Of a DNA stretch of 64,000 nucleotides, positions 48,975 to 58,107 are shown piece by piece. The DNA comes from Thermofilaceae archaeon (GTDB lineage Archaea > Thermoproteota > Thermoprotei > Thermofilales > Thermofilaceae): positions 32,001-96,000 of the forward strand of contig JAWCCZ010000003.1 in assembly GCA_038861545.1 (NCBI GenBank). The letters are read 5' to 3'. The position numbers and the translations under genes are program-made. Position 1 is the first letter of the stretch, and each line of letters starts with the position of its first letter. Under the pieces are notes generated by a model that was not told the DNA's origin, ran no database searches, and saw only the letters and a list, made by a program, of their open reading frames with translations.

Positions 48975-49720
48975 GCGGTAAGTTAGCTTTAATGCGGTAC
49001 ACTGATGCACACTGTCATGCGCACGAATTTCCGGTGGATGAATTAACGGCCTATCAGAATGAATTCGATGTAATTGTAGCTGTATCTGATGATTTTAAGT
49101 CTTCGCTGAGAACAGTTGCTTTAGCCGATAAATTTAAATTCATAAAAGCTAGCATAGGGATTCACCCCTGGTCTTTAGGAGAAATAAATGTCGAAGAGCA
49201 ACTACACGGATTAGAGAAGTTGATAGCCAGAAAGGAAATAATATGTCTTGGTGAGATAGGTTTAGATAGAGCATTCACTCCTCATACTATAGAAAGGCAG
49301 TTAACAGTTTTTAGACGGCTGCTACAACTCGCGAAGGACTATGATTTAGCGGTAAATCTTCACGCGGCAAAATCATGGAAGCAAGTTCTAGACGAGGTTG
49401 TTGCCTATGGCATTAAACGTGTGCTTTTTCACTGGTATAGTGGACCTCCTGAGATATTAGCCGAAATCTCTGCTAAAGGATATATAATATCAATCAATCC
49501 AACGGTTAAAGTTAGTAAAAAACACTTGATAATAGCAAAGCAAGCTCCTTTACAAACTTTAACTTTTGAAAGCGATGGTCCTTATATGTACAGGGGGATG
49601 GCTTTGAAGCCCAGCTTGATACCAGAGACCTTAAAGCTGATCGCTAAAGTTAGAGAACTCGATGTTCTAGAATTAGTAACTATCGTTAACGAAAATCTTT
49701 TTAAATTTTTAGGAATATAA
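48971..49720 (+). CDS. tatD: TatD-family hydrolase
   Basis: DAHCH, GIHPW, GEIGLD, FHWYSG, ESDGPY. Confidence 0.93.
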   Translation: MSGKLALMRYTDAHCHAHEFPVDELTAYQNEFDVIVAVSDDFKSSLRTVALADKFKFIKASIGIHPWSLGEINVEEQLHGLEKLIARKEIICLGEIGLDRAFTPHTIERQLTVFRRLLQLAKDYDLAVNLHAAKSWKQVLDEVVAYGIKRVLFHWYSGPPEILAEISAKGYIISINPTVKVSKKHLIIAKQAPLQTLTFESDGPYMYRGMALKPSLIPETLKLIAKVRELDVLELVTIVNENLFKFLGI

Positions 49721-49829
49721 TTATAGAGTTTCAGTATTATATTCGGAAAGGAGTTGTAAAGTTCAGTAAAACTATGTTTATCCATGTATTTTGTTAACAA
49801 CCAACGGAAGATTTTTAAGGCCATGAAGG

Positions 49830-49853
49830 CGCGCTTTTACGCGCAAAAGCGCG
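49830..49853. promoter_or_regulatory. 9-bp perfect inverted repeat just upstream of ssb
   Basis: CGCGCTTTT-acgcgc-AAAAGCGCG, downstream of TATA-like TTTTTAA (49812-49818). Confidence 0.4.
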
Positions 49854-49863
49854 AGATAAAAAT

Positions 49864-50280
49864 GTGAAAAAAAGAGAACCTGTAGAATTGAAAGTAAAAG
49901 ATTTGAGACCGAGTTCTAAATGGTTTACAGTTAAAGTTAAAATCTTAAATATGGGGGATGAGAAAAATGTATTCTCAAGGGATGGAAGTCAACATAGGGT
50001 TGCAGAAGCTTTAGTTGGAGATGAAACAGGAAGTATTCTCTTGACTCTATGGGATAACGATATTGATAAGGTAAGAGGGCTTATCGGATCCACAGTAGCG
50101 GTCAAAAATGGATACATAGTGTTATTCCGCGGGTCCATGCGGCTCGCGCTTGGTAGATTTGGAAGTCTTGAAGAAGTAGACGAAGAAATAACTGATGTTA
50201 ATGAAGAATTAAATATGTCTGAAAAGATGTATAGTCAAAGAGGTAGCTTTCGTTCCCGTAGGCCTAGAGGAGAATTTTAA
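49864..50280 (+). CDS. ssb: Single-stranded DNA-binding protein (single OB fold, crenarchaeal type)
   Basis: VKDLRP, VGDETGSI.LTLW, NGY..F.G, R/G-rich tail. Confidence 0.9.
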   Translation: MKKREPVELKVKDLRPSSKWFTVKVKILNMGDEKNVFSRDGSQHRVAEALVGDETGSILLTLWDNDIDKVRGLIGSTVAVKNGYIVLFRGSMRLALGRFGSLEEVDEEITDVNEELNMSEKMYSQRGSFRSRRPRGEF

Positions 50281-50319
50281 TATAATTTTAAATTTAACAA
50301 TATTTTTATATAAACTAAC

Positions 50320-51723
50320 TTACCATGAATATTCTTCTGAAATAATTACCGCCAAGTAAAAGTCGTTTACATTCGTCCCCGTCGGGCCTGTAATTATGTG
50401 TCCACCTACAGACTTAAAGAATTCGTAGCTATTATTATTGTCTAAGAAATTGGTTGGTCTAAGCCCTAGCTTAGCTGCTCTCTCTGCAGTCCTCCCATCG
50501 ACTACTGCACCCGCGACCTCCGTTGGACCATCAATTCCATCGCTTCCCATCGCGGCAATGGCTACTCCTCTTTCGCCAGCTATCTGGACTGCAGCAGAAA
50601 GTGCAAATTCCTGGTTTCTGCCACCTTTACCCTCCCCTTTAACTATTACCGTTGTTTCTCCTCCGCATAAAATGACAGCCGGCGAAGGGATTGGGGTAGA
50701 ACTGCGTTTAACTTCTAACGCTACTGCAGTTAAGAATTTTGCTGCCTCCTTTGCTTCACCCTGTAACATGCTAGTAAGGATTAGCGAATTTAATCCCATG
50801 CGTTTAGCATATATATCCATAGCTCGGAGCGCAATAAGGTTACTCCCTATTAGTACATTATATACCTGTTCAAAGCATGGATCACCAGGTTTCGGCGTCT
50901 CGCGGAGCTTCCCGCTTATCCCATTTTCGATAAGCTCGCGAATCCTAGGGGGTACTTTATCCAGAATTTCATAGCGTTCTAACACCATTCGCGCATCTAT
51001 AAAAGTGGTAGAATCGGGAACAGTGGGTCCTGAAGCAATTACATCCAATCTATCTCCTACGACATCTGAAATTATTAATGAAAGCACTGGAGAGGGGTTT
51101 GCGGCAGCTGCTAGTTGTCCACCCTTCAGCAGTGATAAATGTTTTCTAACAGTGTTAACTTCTGCGATTGTTGCACCTGATTTTAAAAGCAGATTGGTTA
51201 CAGTACTCAGGTCTTCTAACGAGAGTCCAGGGACCGGTAATTCCATTAAAGCTGAACCACCACCCGAAATAAGTATCAATAATGGTCTTCTTTCTTCTTT
51301 TGCCTTACGAGCCAGCTCCAGGGCTAGCATTCCAGCTTTGATGCTCCCTTCATCAGGACTTGGATGCCCAGCCTCTATTTGTTCTATTCTAGTAAGCTTG
51401 GTTTTTGGTGCGCCTCGCGGCAGGGTAGCTACGCCGCTCTTCACCAGATTACCCGCAAGTTCTTCAATAGCTTCAGCCATTCTACTTGCAGCTTTACCAA
51501 GAGCTATAACATAGAAACCCTCTTTAACATTCACCGCATAACTATTATCTACCATAAGGCTACACTCAACCAGCTTAACTTTTTCTAAAACTAAGCGTCT
51601 AGAGTCAACTGCTCTAAGACCTTCTAACAGCAAGGTCATCGCTATCTTACGTGCCAACTCGTCTTGACCATTCACTAAGTTTATGTTCATACAATAAATT
51701 AGAAAATTATTATAAAAATTCAA
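50320..51723 (-). CDS. Glycerate 2-kinase (MOFRL family)
   Basis: GKAA, HPSPD, LISGGGS, GGETTV, GGRNQE, TGPTGTNVND. Confidence 0.94.
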   Translation of the reverse strand: MNFYNNFLIYCMNINLVNGQDELARKIAMTLLLEGLRAVDSRRLVLEKVKLVECSLMVDNSYAVNVKEGFYVIALGKAASRMAEAIEELAGNLVKSGVATLPRGAPKTKLTRIEQIEAGHPSPDEGSIKAGMLALELARKAKEERRPLLILISGGGSALMELPVPGLSLEDLSTVTNLLLKSGATIAEVNTVRKHLSLLKGGQLAAAANPSPVLSLIISDVVGDRLDVIASGPTVPDSTTFIDARMVLERYEILDKVPPRIRELIENGISGKLRETPKPGDPCFEQVYNVLIGSNLIALRAMDIYAKRMGLNSLILTSMLQGEAKEAAKFLTAVALEVKRSSTPIPSPAVILCGGETTVIVKGEGKGGRNQEFALSAAVQIAGERGVAIAAMGSDGIDGPTEVAGAVVDGRTAERAAKLGLRPTNFLDNNNSYEFFKSVGGHIITGPTGTNVNDFYLAVIISEEYSW

Positions 51724-51815
51724 TCGCCTCTACTTTTGGGAGCATGTTTTACGTTACATCTTTGCATAACCAGAGGAACTTAACAATTTTAAAGGAGTGT
51801 AACAATAAGTAACCT

Positions 51816-52460
51816 ATGGGCCAGATAGAGTTCCGTGGAGTTAGAATTACTCGCCTGAATCATGCAGCTTTTAAGCTTGAAAACGGTGGAAAAGTAATTT
51901 ATATTGATCCTTTTCAGTTAACATCCTCTCCTAAAGACGGAAACATAATTATATGCACGCACGACCATTATGATCATTGTAGTATTGAAGATATTCAGAA
52001 GGTCATTAAGCCGAATGGAGTTATTATTGCATCCATAAATTGTGAGTCTAAACTAAAAATTTTAAGAAATGAGATTAAATTATTGAACCCTCATGACCAA
52101 CTTACTGTTAACCATGTAATAGTGACCGCAGTGCCAGCATATAATATTAAGAAACGCTACCATCCTAGGGATTACAAAGGTATTGGCGTCGTTATCGAAA
52201 TAGCTGGAGTGCGAGTTTACCATGCTGGAGATACCGATTTGATTCCCGAAATGGATTATCTCAGCGGTAAAGTTGATGTAGCACTGGTACCGATAAGCGG
52301 AGTATATGTAATGGATGTCGAAGAGGCAATAGAAGCTATTAAACGGGTAAGACCAGCTCTTGCCATACCGATGCATTACGGCGCTATTGTAGGGGGATCT
52401 CAGGATGCTGAGCGGTTCCGTCAGGGATTGCGAGGCATTTGCGATGTCGTAATCATTTAG
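51816..52460 (+). CDS. Metallo-beta-lactamase fold hydrolase
   Basis: THDHYDH, YHAGDT, IPMHYG. Confidence 0.92.
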   Translation: MGQIEFRGVRITRLNHAAFKLENGGKVIYIDPFQLTSSPKDGNIIICTHDHYDHCSIEDIQKVIKPNGVIIASINCESKLKILRNEIKLLNPHDQLTVNHVIVTAVPAYNIKKRYHPRDYKGIGVVIEIAGVRVYHAGDTDLIPEMDYLSGKVDVALVPISGVYVMDVEEAIEAIKRVRPALAIPMHYGAIVGGSQDAERFRQGLRGICDVVII

Positions 52461-52503
52461 AGCACATAATAAATTAAAACCTGAATCGATTGTTACATGA
52501 GCT

Positions 52504-52560
52504 GTGACGAAGGTCTGGAGCGCTGAGCTGTTAGGCAATGAGGATAACCAAAATTACAGA
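52504..52560 (+). ncRNA. Box C/D methylation guide sRNA
   Basis: C GTGACGA, guide AGGTCTGGAGCG, D' CTGA, C' ATGAGGA, guide TAACCAAAATTA, D CAGA; first guide complementary to a tRNA-Trp anticodon arm. Confidence 0.65.
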
Positions 52561-52714
52561 GGATGAGCGGCAAACAGTTCGAGTATCAGTTAGAATACCC
52601 AGTGAACAGTATAGGGCGCTAAAGAGCCTTGTAGATGAAGGGATTTACTCTTCTATATCAGACGTGGTTAGGGAAGCAATAACAAGGCTTGTGAAAGAAT
52701 GCTCGACTCCCTAA
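52538..52714 (+). CDS. Ribbon-helix-helix (CopG/CdrS/aCcr1-like) regulator, 58 aa, not in ORF track
   Basis: MRITKITEDERQTVRVSVRIPSEQYRALKSLVDEGIYSSISDVVREAITRLVKECSTP*. Confidence 0.82.
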   Translation: MRITKITEDERQTVRVSVRIPSEQYRALKSLVDEGIYSSISDVVREAITRLVKECSTP

Positions 52715-52731
52715 AGCATTCAAGGAAGCCA

Positions 52732-53475
52732 TTATACATAGAATGGTGGCATACTTTCTCTTCGGCTTTTATCAGATTCCTTAAGCATAGTTGTCATTTC
52801 AGCTTCCCTTGCTTTTATCTCCTCTATCAGTTTATCTAAATTACTTGTATTCACTTCAAGTTGAAAGAGCTTAGCTAAAGCTAGGACTACTCGTTTAGCT
52901 GCGAGTGGGTCAGGCTCTATTTGAGCAGTGTAACCCATAAGCACGTAGGCTTTCAGGCCTCGAATGCTAGCTAGAATTGGTAAGAGACCACATGCGCCAG
53001 TTATCACACCGCCCGGCGAGGGTTTTAAACCATGTTTAGTTAGTTCTTCGCCTATTTCTCTTCTGGTTGCCGCGAAATACACGTTCTCTTTCTCGCCCAT
53101 AGTGGTACCACATACTCCGACAACCTCTCTTCCACCAATCATCTGGAAATAATCGATCACTCGCTCTGCTATTTCGTACTGCATCCAGGTTACAGGTTGT
53201 GTCGGAGCTGTTAGAAACAACAAATCCCTTCCCCCGGTACTATAGTGATAAAAATCATATGTGGGGAGTTTAAGTATTCCTTCATCATCCACTAGGACTG
53301 CAATGTTTTGTTGAAGGAGCAACCCATCCGAGATTAGCTCAGCTATCTTACGTAGATTTAGTTCGCGAATAATATAGTCAACTGCTATTTTCCCCACTAG
53401 CCCTATGCCTGGTAATCCTTGAATTAATACGCCGTTCCTTAAAATAATTCTCTCTAATTCTCTTAGCTTAATCAT
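52732..53475 (-). CDS. PAC2-family proteasome assembly chaperone
   Basis: GLPGIGLVGKIA, ITGACGLL, PDPLAA, C-terminal FYV (HbYX). Confidence 0.88.
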   Translation of the reverse strand: MIKLRELERIILRNGVLIQGLPGIGLVGKIAVDYIIRELNLRKIAELISDGLLLQQNIAVLVDDEGILKLPTYDFYHYSTGGRDLLFLTAPTQPVTWMQYEIAERVIDYFQMIGGREVVGVCGTTMGEKENVYFAATRREIGEELTKHGLKPSPGGVITGACGLLPILASIRGLKAYVLMGYTAQIEPDPLAAKRVVLALAKLFQLEVNTSNLDKLIEEIKAREAEMTTMLKESDKSRRESMPPFYV

Positions 53476-53541
53476 CTTCCTTACCTATCGTTAATTTTAC
53501 CAAGTAATTAATTTTAATGTCCCACAGGGCTTTATCGTACA

Positions 53542-55056
53542 ATGAAAACTCCTCTGGTTCTAGGCATAGATGTGGGTACGGGTGGCTGTAAGGCTGTTGC
53601 ATATGATTTTGCAGGCAATCAGGTGTATTCCGCTTATAAAGAGTACAAGGTCCTTCATCCCAGGGTTGGATGGGCTGAACAGGATCCTCTGGATTGGTGG
53701 AGGATAACCCTTACAGTTGTGAGGGAAGTGGTGGATAAAATAGGAGCAGATAATATCGAATCGGTGAGTGTCACCTCGCAGAGGGAAGCATTCGCTCCAA
53801 TTGACAGAAGAGGTCAAGTAATAGCTAACGCTATTATATGGCTTGATCAAAGGGCAAGTAAACAGGAGAGATGGATCAAAGAGAAAGTAGGGGTTCAACG
53901 TGTACTTGAGATTACTGGATTACCTGTTGACCAAATGTTCTCTGCTGTGAAGCTCCTTTGGTTTAAAGAAGAAATGCCACAAAAATACAGTAAGATAAGT
54001 ACCTTGCTTTTTCCCAAGGATTTTATAATTTACATGTTTACTGGAATCGCAGCCACAGACTACAGTATGGCGTCACGCACAATGCTTCTTGACATCTGTC
54101 GGCTTGAGTGGTCAACAGAGCTCTGCGAAATGCTAGATATATCAATAGATATCCTTCCTCCGCTTAAGAGCTCATGGGAGGTTGTTGGAGAAGTTACTGC
54201 TGAAGCTGCGGAGCTCACTGGTCTACGAAAAGGAACACCTGTTGTTGCAGGTGGCGGCGACCGTCCTTGTGAAGCTCTCGGCTCCGGCACAGTTAGAGAA
54301 GGGGAAGTTAACATAGGTACGGGGACAGGTACATGTTTTGAAGCCCCTGTTTCACAACCAAAGCCGGATGCAAAGGCCAGAATTGATTTATGTGTTCATG
54401 TGGTACCTAAAACTTGGGAGTATGAAGTCGTCATACCTGCAACCGGTGAGTCGTTAAGATGGTTCAGGGACCAGTTAGGATGGTGGGAGGCTGAAGAAGC
54501 TAAGAAAAAAGGCATTTCAGTGTACAGCTTAATGCTTGAAGAAGCGTCTACCGTTTCGCCTGGAGCTGACGGCGTGTTATACTATCCTTACCTTTGGGGA
54601 GCAAAAGTACCTTACTTCAACCCTAATGCCAAAGGCGCATTTATTGGTTTTACTCATGCACATACTAGGGCTCATTTAATCCGAGCTGTGCTAGAGGGCG
54701 TAGCCTATCACTATACAGGCGCTATGGCAATTCTTCAGGAGCTAGGAATTAGGATTAGACGAGTCACTATGACTGGTGGGGAGGTTCGAGGTAGGTTATG
54801 GAATGAAATTAAAGCAGCAGCTTTAGGTTTAAAACTACTGATCCCAAAAGTTACTGATGCAGCAAGTTTAGGCGCAGCAGTACTAGCAGCAATCGGTGCT
54901 GGTTGCTTTGGCTCTTTTGAGCGAGCAATCGATTCAATGATTCACATAGCCGAAGAGTATATGCCTGATTCAGTACTAAGTAATAAGTATGCTGAGTTAC
55001 GCCGGGTGTATAAAGAAGTGTACCGGCACTTAGAGGGCGCTTTCGAGGTTCTCTGA
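53542..55056 (+). CDS. FGGY carbohydrate kinase (xylulokinase-like)
   Basis: GIDVGT, WAEQDP, WLDQR, TDYSMASRT, RAVLEGVA. Confidence 0.9.
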   Translation: MKTPLVLGIDVGTGGCKAVAYDFAGNQVYSAYKEYKVLHPRVGWAEQDPLDWWRITLTVVREVVDKIGADNIESVSVTSQREAFAPIDRRGQVIANAIIWLDQRASKQERWIKEKVGVQRVLEITGLPVDQMFSAVKLLWFKEEMPQKYSKISTLLFPKDFIIYMFTGIAATDYSMASRTMLLDICRLEWSTELCEMLDISIDILPPLKSSWEVVGEVTAEAAELTGLRKGTPVVAGGGDRPCEALGSGTVREGEVNIGTGTGTCFEAPVSQPKPDAKARIDLCVHVVPKTWEYEVVIPATGESLRWFRDQLGWWEAEEAKKKGISVYSLMLEEASTVSPGADGVLYYPYLWGAKVPYFNPNAKGAFIGFTHAHTRAHLIRAVLEGVAYHYTGAMAILQELGIRIRRVTMTGGEVRGRLWNEIKAAALGLKLLIPKVTDAASLGAAVLAAIGAGCFGSFERAIDSMIHIAEEYMPDSVLSNKYAELRRVYKEVYRHLEGAFEVL

Positions 55057-55108
55057 ACTTTTTCTCTCATGCCATAAGGTTTTTAGGTTTTCTCAGTTAA
55101 AGGTGCTG

Positions 55109-55209
55109 AGCCCGGTGGTGTAGCGGCAAGCATACGGGGCTTTGATTTCGAACCAATTGGTTCGAAAGAGTATGCCCCCGAGACCGGGGTTCGAATCCCC
55201 GCCGGGCTA
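55109..55209 (+). tRNA. tRNA-Gln(TTG), 29-nt intron at 36/37 (55145-55173)
   Basis: AGCCCGG..CCGGGCTA; BHB central helix GCUU/GAGU; mature loop CUUUGGC; CCA not encoded. Confidence 0.92.
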
Positions 55210-55297
55210 TCATTTTATGTTTTGTTATTATAACGAGTCATTACATCGATAATTTGAGCAGGAAACTTTACATTGATGTAGGTAATGGTTTCATAGT

Positions 55298-56362
55298 ATG
55301 TCTGAAATGGGTTTAAGGGAGGCTCAATGGTATGAAGCATTGGGCATAGAGAGGGTTAGGTGTAAGCTCTGCCCTTGGTTTTGTGTACTCGAGCCTGGAC
55401 GCATAGGATTCTGTGGTGTAAGAGAAAATAGGAATGGAAAACTTGTCACCTTAGTATATGGGCTGGCCTCTTCAATAGCAATCGATCCAATCGAAAAGAA
55501 ACCTTTGTATAATTTTTACCCGGGGGCACCGATAGTAAGTATAAGCACAGTAGGCTGCAATTTTAAGTGCCCGTGGTGTCAGAATTGGAGTATTTCACAA
55601 TTACAGCCTAGCAGGACTACTTTAGACTACTTAGAACCTGAAAAAGTTGTTAAAATAATGAAAAGGTATGAAGTACCATTTTTAGCTTTTACCTATAATG
55701 AGCCTTTCATATGGTATGAATATGTTCTTGACGTTGCTAGGTTAGTGAAAAGGGAAGGAGGTTTCAATGTACTTGTAACCAACGGTCATGTTAACGCGGA
55801 GCCGCTGGAGGAACTAGTTAAATATATTGATGCAGCTAATGTTGATATTAAATCTTTCAATAGTGAAACCTACTTAAAGATTATCAAAGGTAAGTTAGAT
55901 GCTGTTCTCACCACTACTAGTTTGATGAAAGAGAGGGGAGTTCATATTGAAACAACTTACTTAGTAGTGCCGAATGTTAACGATAGAATTGATGAGTTTG
56001 TTCGGATGGTTAAATGGCATCTAGATATTCTAGGACCCGACACACCGCTTCATATTTCACGCTTCTATCCAGCATACAAGCTTATCGATAGATCGCCTAC
56101 ACCAGTCGAAACATTGACGCTTTTTTGGAAAAGTGCAAGAAATGAGGGGTTAAATTATGTATACGTAGGCAACGTGCCGGGTCATAGCGGCGAATACACG
56201 TACTGCCCAAGTTGTGGTAAACCAGTTATCAAGAGAGTTGGATACGATATAACTGAATGGAACTTAACACCGGGAGATAATAGATGTAAATTATGTGGAG
56301 CTAAAGTAACTATAACAGGCTATAAATGGACAAGTCGGCACAGTATACATTATTACCTCTAG
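55298..56362 (+). CDS. amrS: AmmeMemoRadiSam-system radical SAM enzyme (PFL-activase-like)
   Basis: CKLCP..C..GFCGVR, DPIEKKPL, CNFKCPWCQNW, TYNEP, PLHISRF. Confidence 0.9.
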   Translation: MSEMGLREAQWYEALGIERVRCKLCPWFCVLEPGRIGFCGVRENRNGKLVTLVYGLASSIAIDPIEKKPLYNFYPGAPIVSISTVGCNFKCPWCQNWSISQLQPSRTTLDYLEPEKVVKIMKRYEVPFLAFTYNEPFIWYEYVLDVARLVKREGGFNVLVTNGHVNAEPLEELVKYIDAANVDIKSFNSETYLKIIKGKLDAVLTTTSLMKERGVHIETTYLVVPNVNDRIDEFVRMVKWHLDILGPDTPLHISRFYPAYKLIDRSPTPVETLTLFWKSARNEGLNYVYVGNVPGHSGEYTYCPSCGKPVIKRVGYDITEWNLTPGDNRCKLCGAKVTITGYKWTSRHSIHYYL

Positions 56363-56877
56363 CGAGGGAGCGTAACCCCTCTTTGACCCTGATACCTACC
56401 ATGGTATGGTACAGGTTCTCCCTCAATCCTGTAGAAAACTATATGCGCAAACCTTATCCCTCTTTTCAAAATTACTGGAAAAGCTCCTCCGTGAATCTCT
56501 AATGTTATTTCTCCCTCAAACCCACTATCTATAACCGTTGGAGGTATGCTGAGACCCAATCTAGCAAAGGTGCTTCTTAACTCTACAAGGCCAGCAACGT
56601 CGCAGGGCATCTTAACACATTCTAGAGTCGAAACTAGAATTTTCATGTATGGTTGGAGCACAAAGCTCGAGTCTAGTTTTAAGACCTTATAATATTCTCT
56701 TAGATCTGCCTCTGCCAGTTTATCGGGGTCTATTGGAAGGGGGTTATTCAATAAAACCGCCACCTCATCACCTATCCTGAGATCCACTCCATTTTCTCTA
56801 ACAAGTTCGGCGCTGAAGGGGTCTATTCGTAGATGCCCCTTTTCTATTAACTTCTTTATCTCCTCGCCTGAAAGCAT
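56359..56877 (-). CDS. dcd: dCTP deaminase
   Basis: ENGVDLR, LRSTFARLG, IDSGFEG.ITLE, YQGQ. Confidence 0.93.
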   Translation of the reverse strand: MLSGEEIKKLIEKGHLRIDPFSAELVRENGVDLRIGDEVAVLLNNPLPIDPDKLAEADLREYYKVLKLDSSFVLQPYMKILVSTLECVKMPCDVAGLVELRSTFARLGLSIPPTVIDSGFEGEITLEIHGGAFPVILKRGIRFAHIVFYRIEGEPVPYHGRYQGQRGVTLPR

Positions 56878-56937
56878 AGGACTTTAGCCTAAGTCAAGTT
56901 AAAGCCCTATCGCTTAAGCATACTGTTGGAGGGGTTC

Positions 56938-57792
56938 CTATCTTCGGATGAATATTACGCCTTCTCCTACACTTACACCCACCGTACTGGCCACGGGCAA
57001 GCACTTAGCTCTGAAAATATGTAGAACCGGTTTGTCGAACCTCCACTCCTCAAAGGATTCAAACGCAGCCATCCCTTTAGCAATAACTAGGTCACACTTT
57101 TCCAAAGCTTTCAAAGCCTCATCTGAAATTTCTCCGGGTAATGGACCAGCAGAATCTGTACCGGTTCCTATAACGTTAGCATAATCAGCGAAGCCTAATG
57201 CAACTGCTTCTTCAACAGTTACATCGTTCTGGTAAGGCAAACTTTTTGCTAAGACAGTGACCTTTAACCCAATACTGCTAAGCAGCTTAATTATTTCTAG
57301 GTCAATAAGTCCTTCCCCCGAATTATCCAAAGTATAAACAATATGTTTAGAGTTAATAACTAATTCATATGCTTCTTTACTTTCATCTAAACCGATTTTT
57401 ATATTGAATGATACATTTAATGCCTCATAGCCTGGAACACCGGGATCTAATGAGTTAGCATTTATCGATGCTATGAGTAACTTTTTGAAAAGTTCATAAC
57501 TTTCAAGTGAAACTATTTGATCTTTAAGTTTAGGAATAAGTATTTTTTTAACGAGTTCATTACTATCTCTTTTAAATATTAAGTATGGATCTTTATTATA
57601 TGTTAAAAACTTTACTAACCGAAATGTTTCATTAGCTAATCTAATAGTAGATGAGTGAGAATTTACTTTTTCAAGTAACTCGTGAAGTCTTGCTAAAGCA
57701 TAGATTTTTTCTTCCGGATCTAGTTCAGAGTTCAGTATTTCCCTTGCCCTTGCCGCATATATACATGGAACGCAAATAGGCCATATGCGCAT
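56938..57792 (-). CDS. DUF89/ARMT1-like damage-control phosphatase
   Basis: CVPC, DPY, DNSGE, NDVT, AKGM, AKC.PVA. Confidence 0.88.
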   Translation of the reverse strand: MRIWPICVPCIYAARAREILNSELDPEEKIYALARLHELLEKVNSHSSTIRLANETFRLVKFLTYNKDPYLIFKRDSNELVKKILIPKLKDQIVSLESYELFKKLLIASINANSLDPGVPGYEALNVSFNIKIGLDESKEAYELVINSKHIVYTLDNSGEGLIDLEIIKLLSSIGLKVTVLAKSLPYQNDVTVEEAVALGFADYANVIGTGTDSAGPLPGEISDEALKALEKCDLVIAKGMAAFESFEEWRFDKPVLHIFRAKCLPVASTVGVSVGEGVIFIRR

Positions 57793-57952
57793 TGCCGCAG
57801 AAGCAACAAAAGCCGTTTAAGCTTTACTTTAAAAACTCTAGTTAAGCTATACTGAGCAAATTCTCTCGCTTAGATACAATTTTAAATTGAAATAAATGCT
57901 AGTTAGTTTTCATCAAATTTAAAGCTTAAGATCGTTAAGAGAAAACGGATGA

Positions 57953-58064
57953 CGGGCCGGCCGGGATTCGAACCCGGGTCCTCTGGGTATCTTCCATCTA
58001 GTTAAAAGCCTCGACCGCAGCATTTGCTGCGCCCATCGCTCTGTCCAGGCTGAGCTACCGGCCC
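57953..58064 (-). tRNA. tRNA-Lys(TTT) with two introns: 23 nt at 30/31 (58010-58032) and 14 nt at 37/38 (57989-58002)
   Basis: GGGCCGG..CCGGCCCG; BHB helices CGAU/GUCG and CUUU/GAAG; 75-nt mature body. Confidence 0.9.
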
Positions 58065-58107
58065 CACTGCTCGAATTCCGCGGGTTTTTTAATTTTTATT
58101 CGTTCAG

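Noticed and set aside
50438-51514. 178-aa and 169-aa plus-strand ORFs
   Set aside because: Antisense shadows of glycerate kinase
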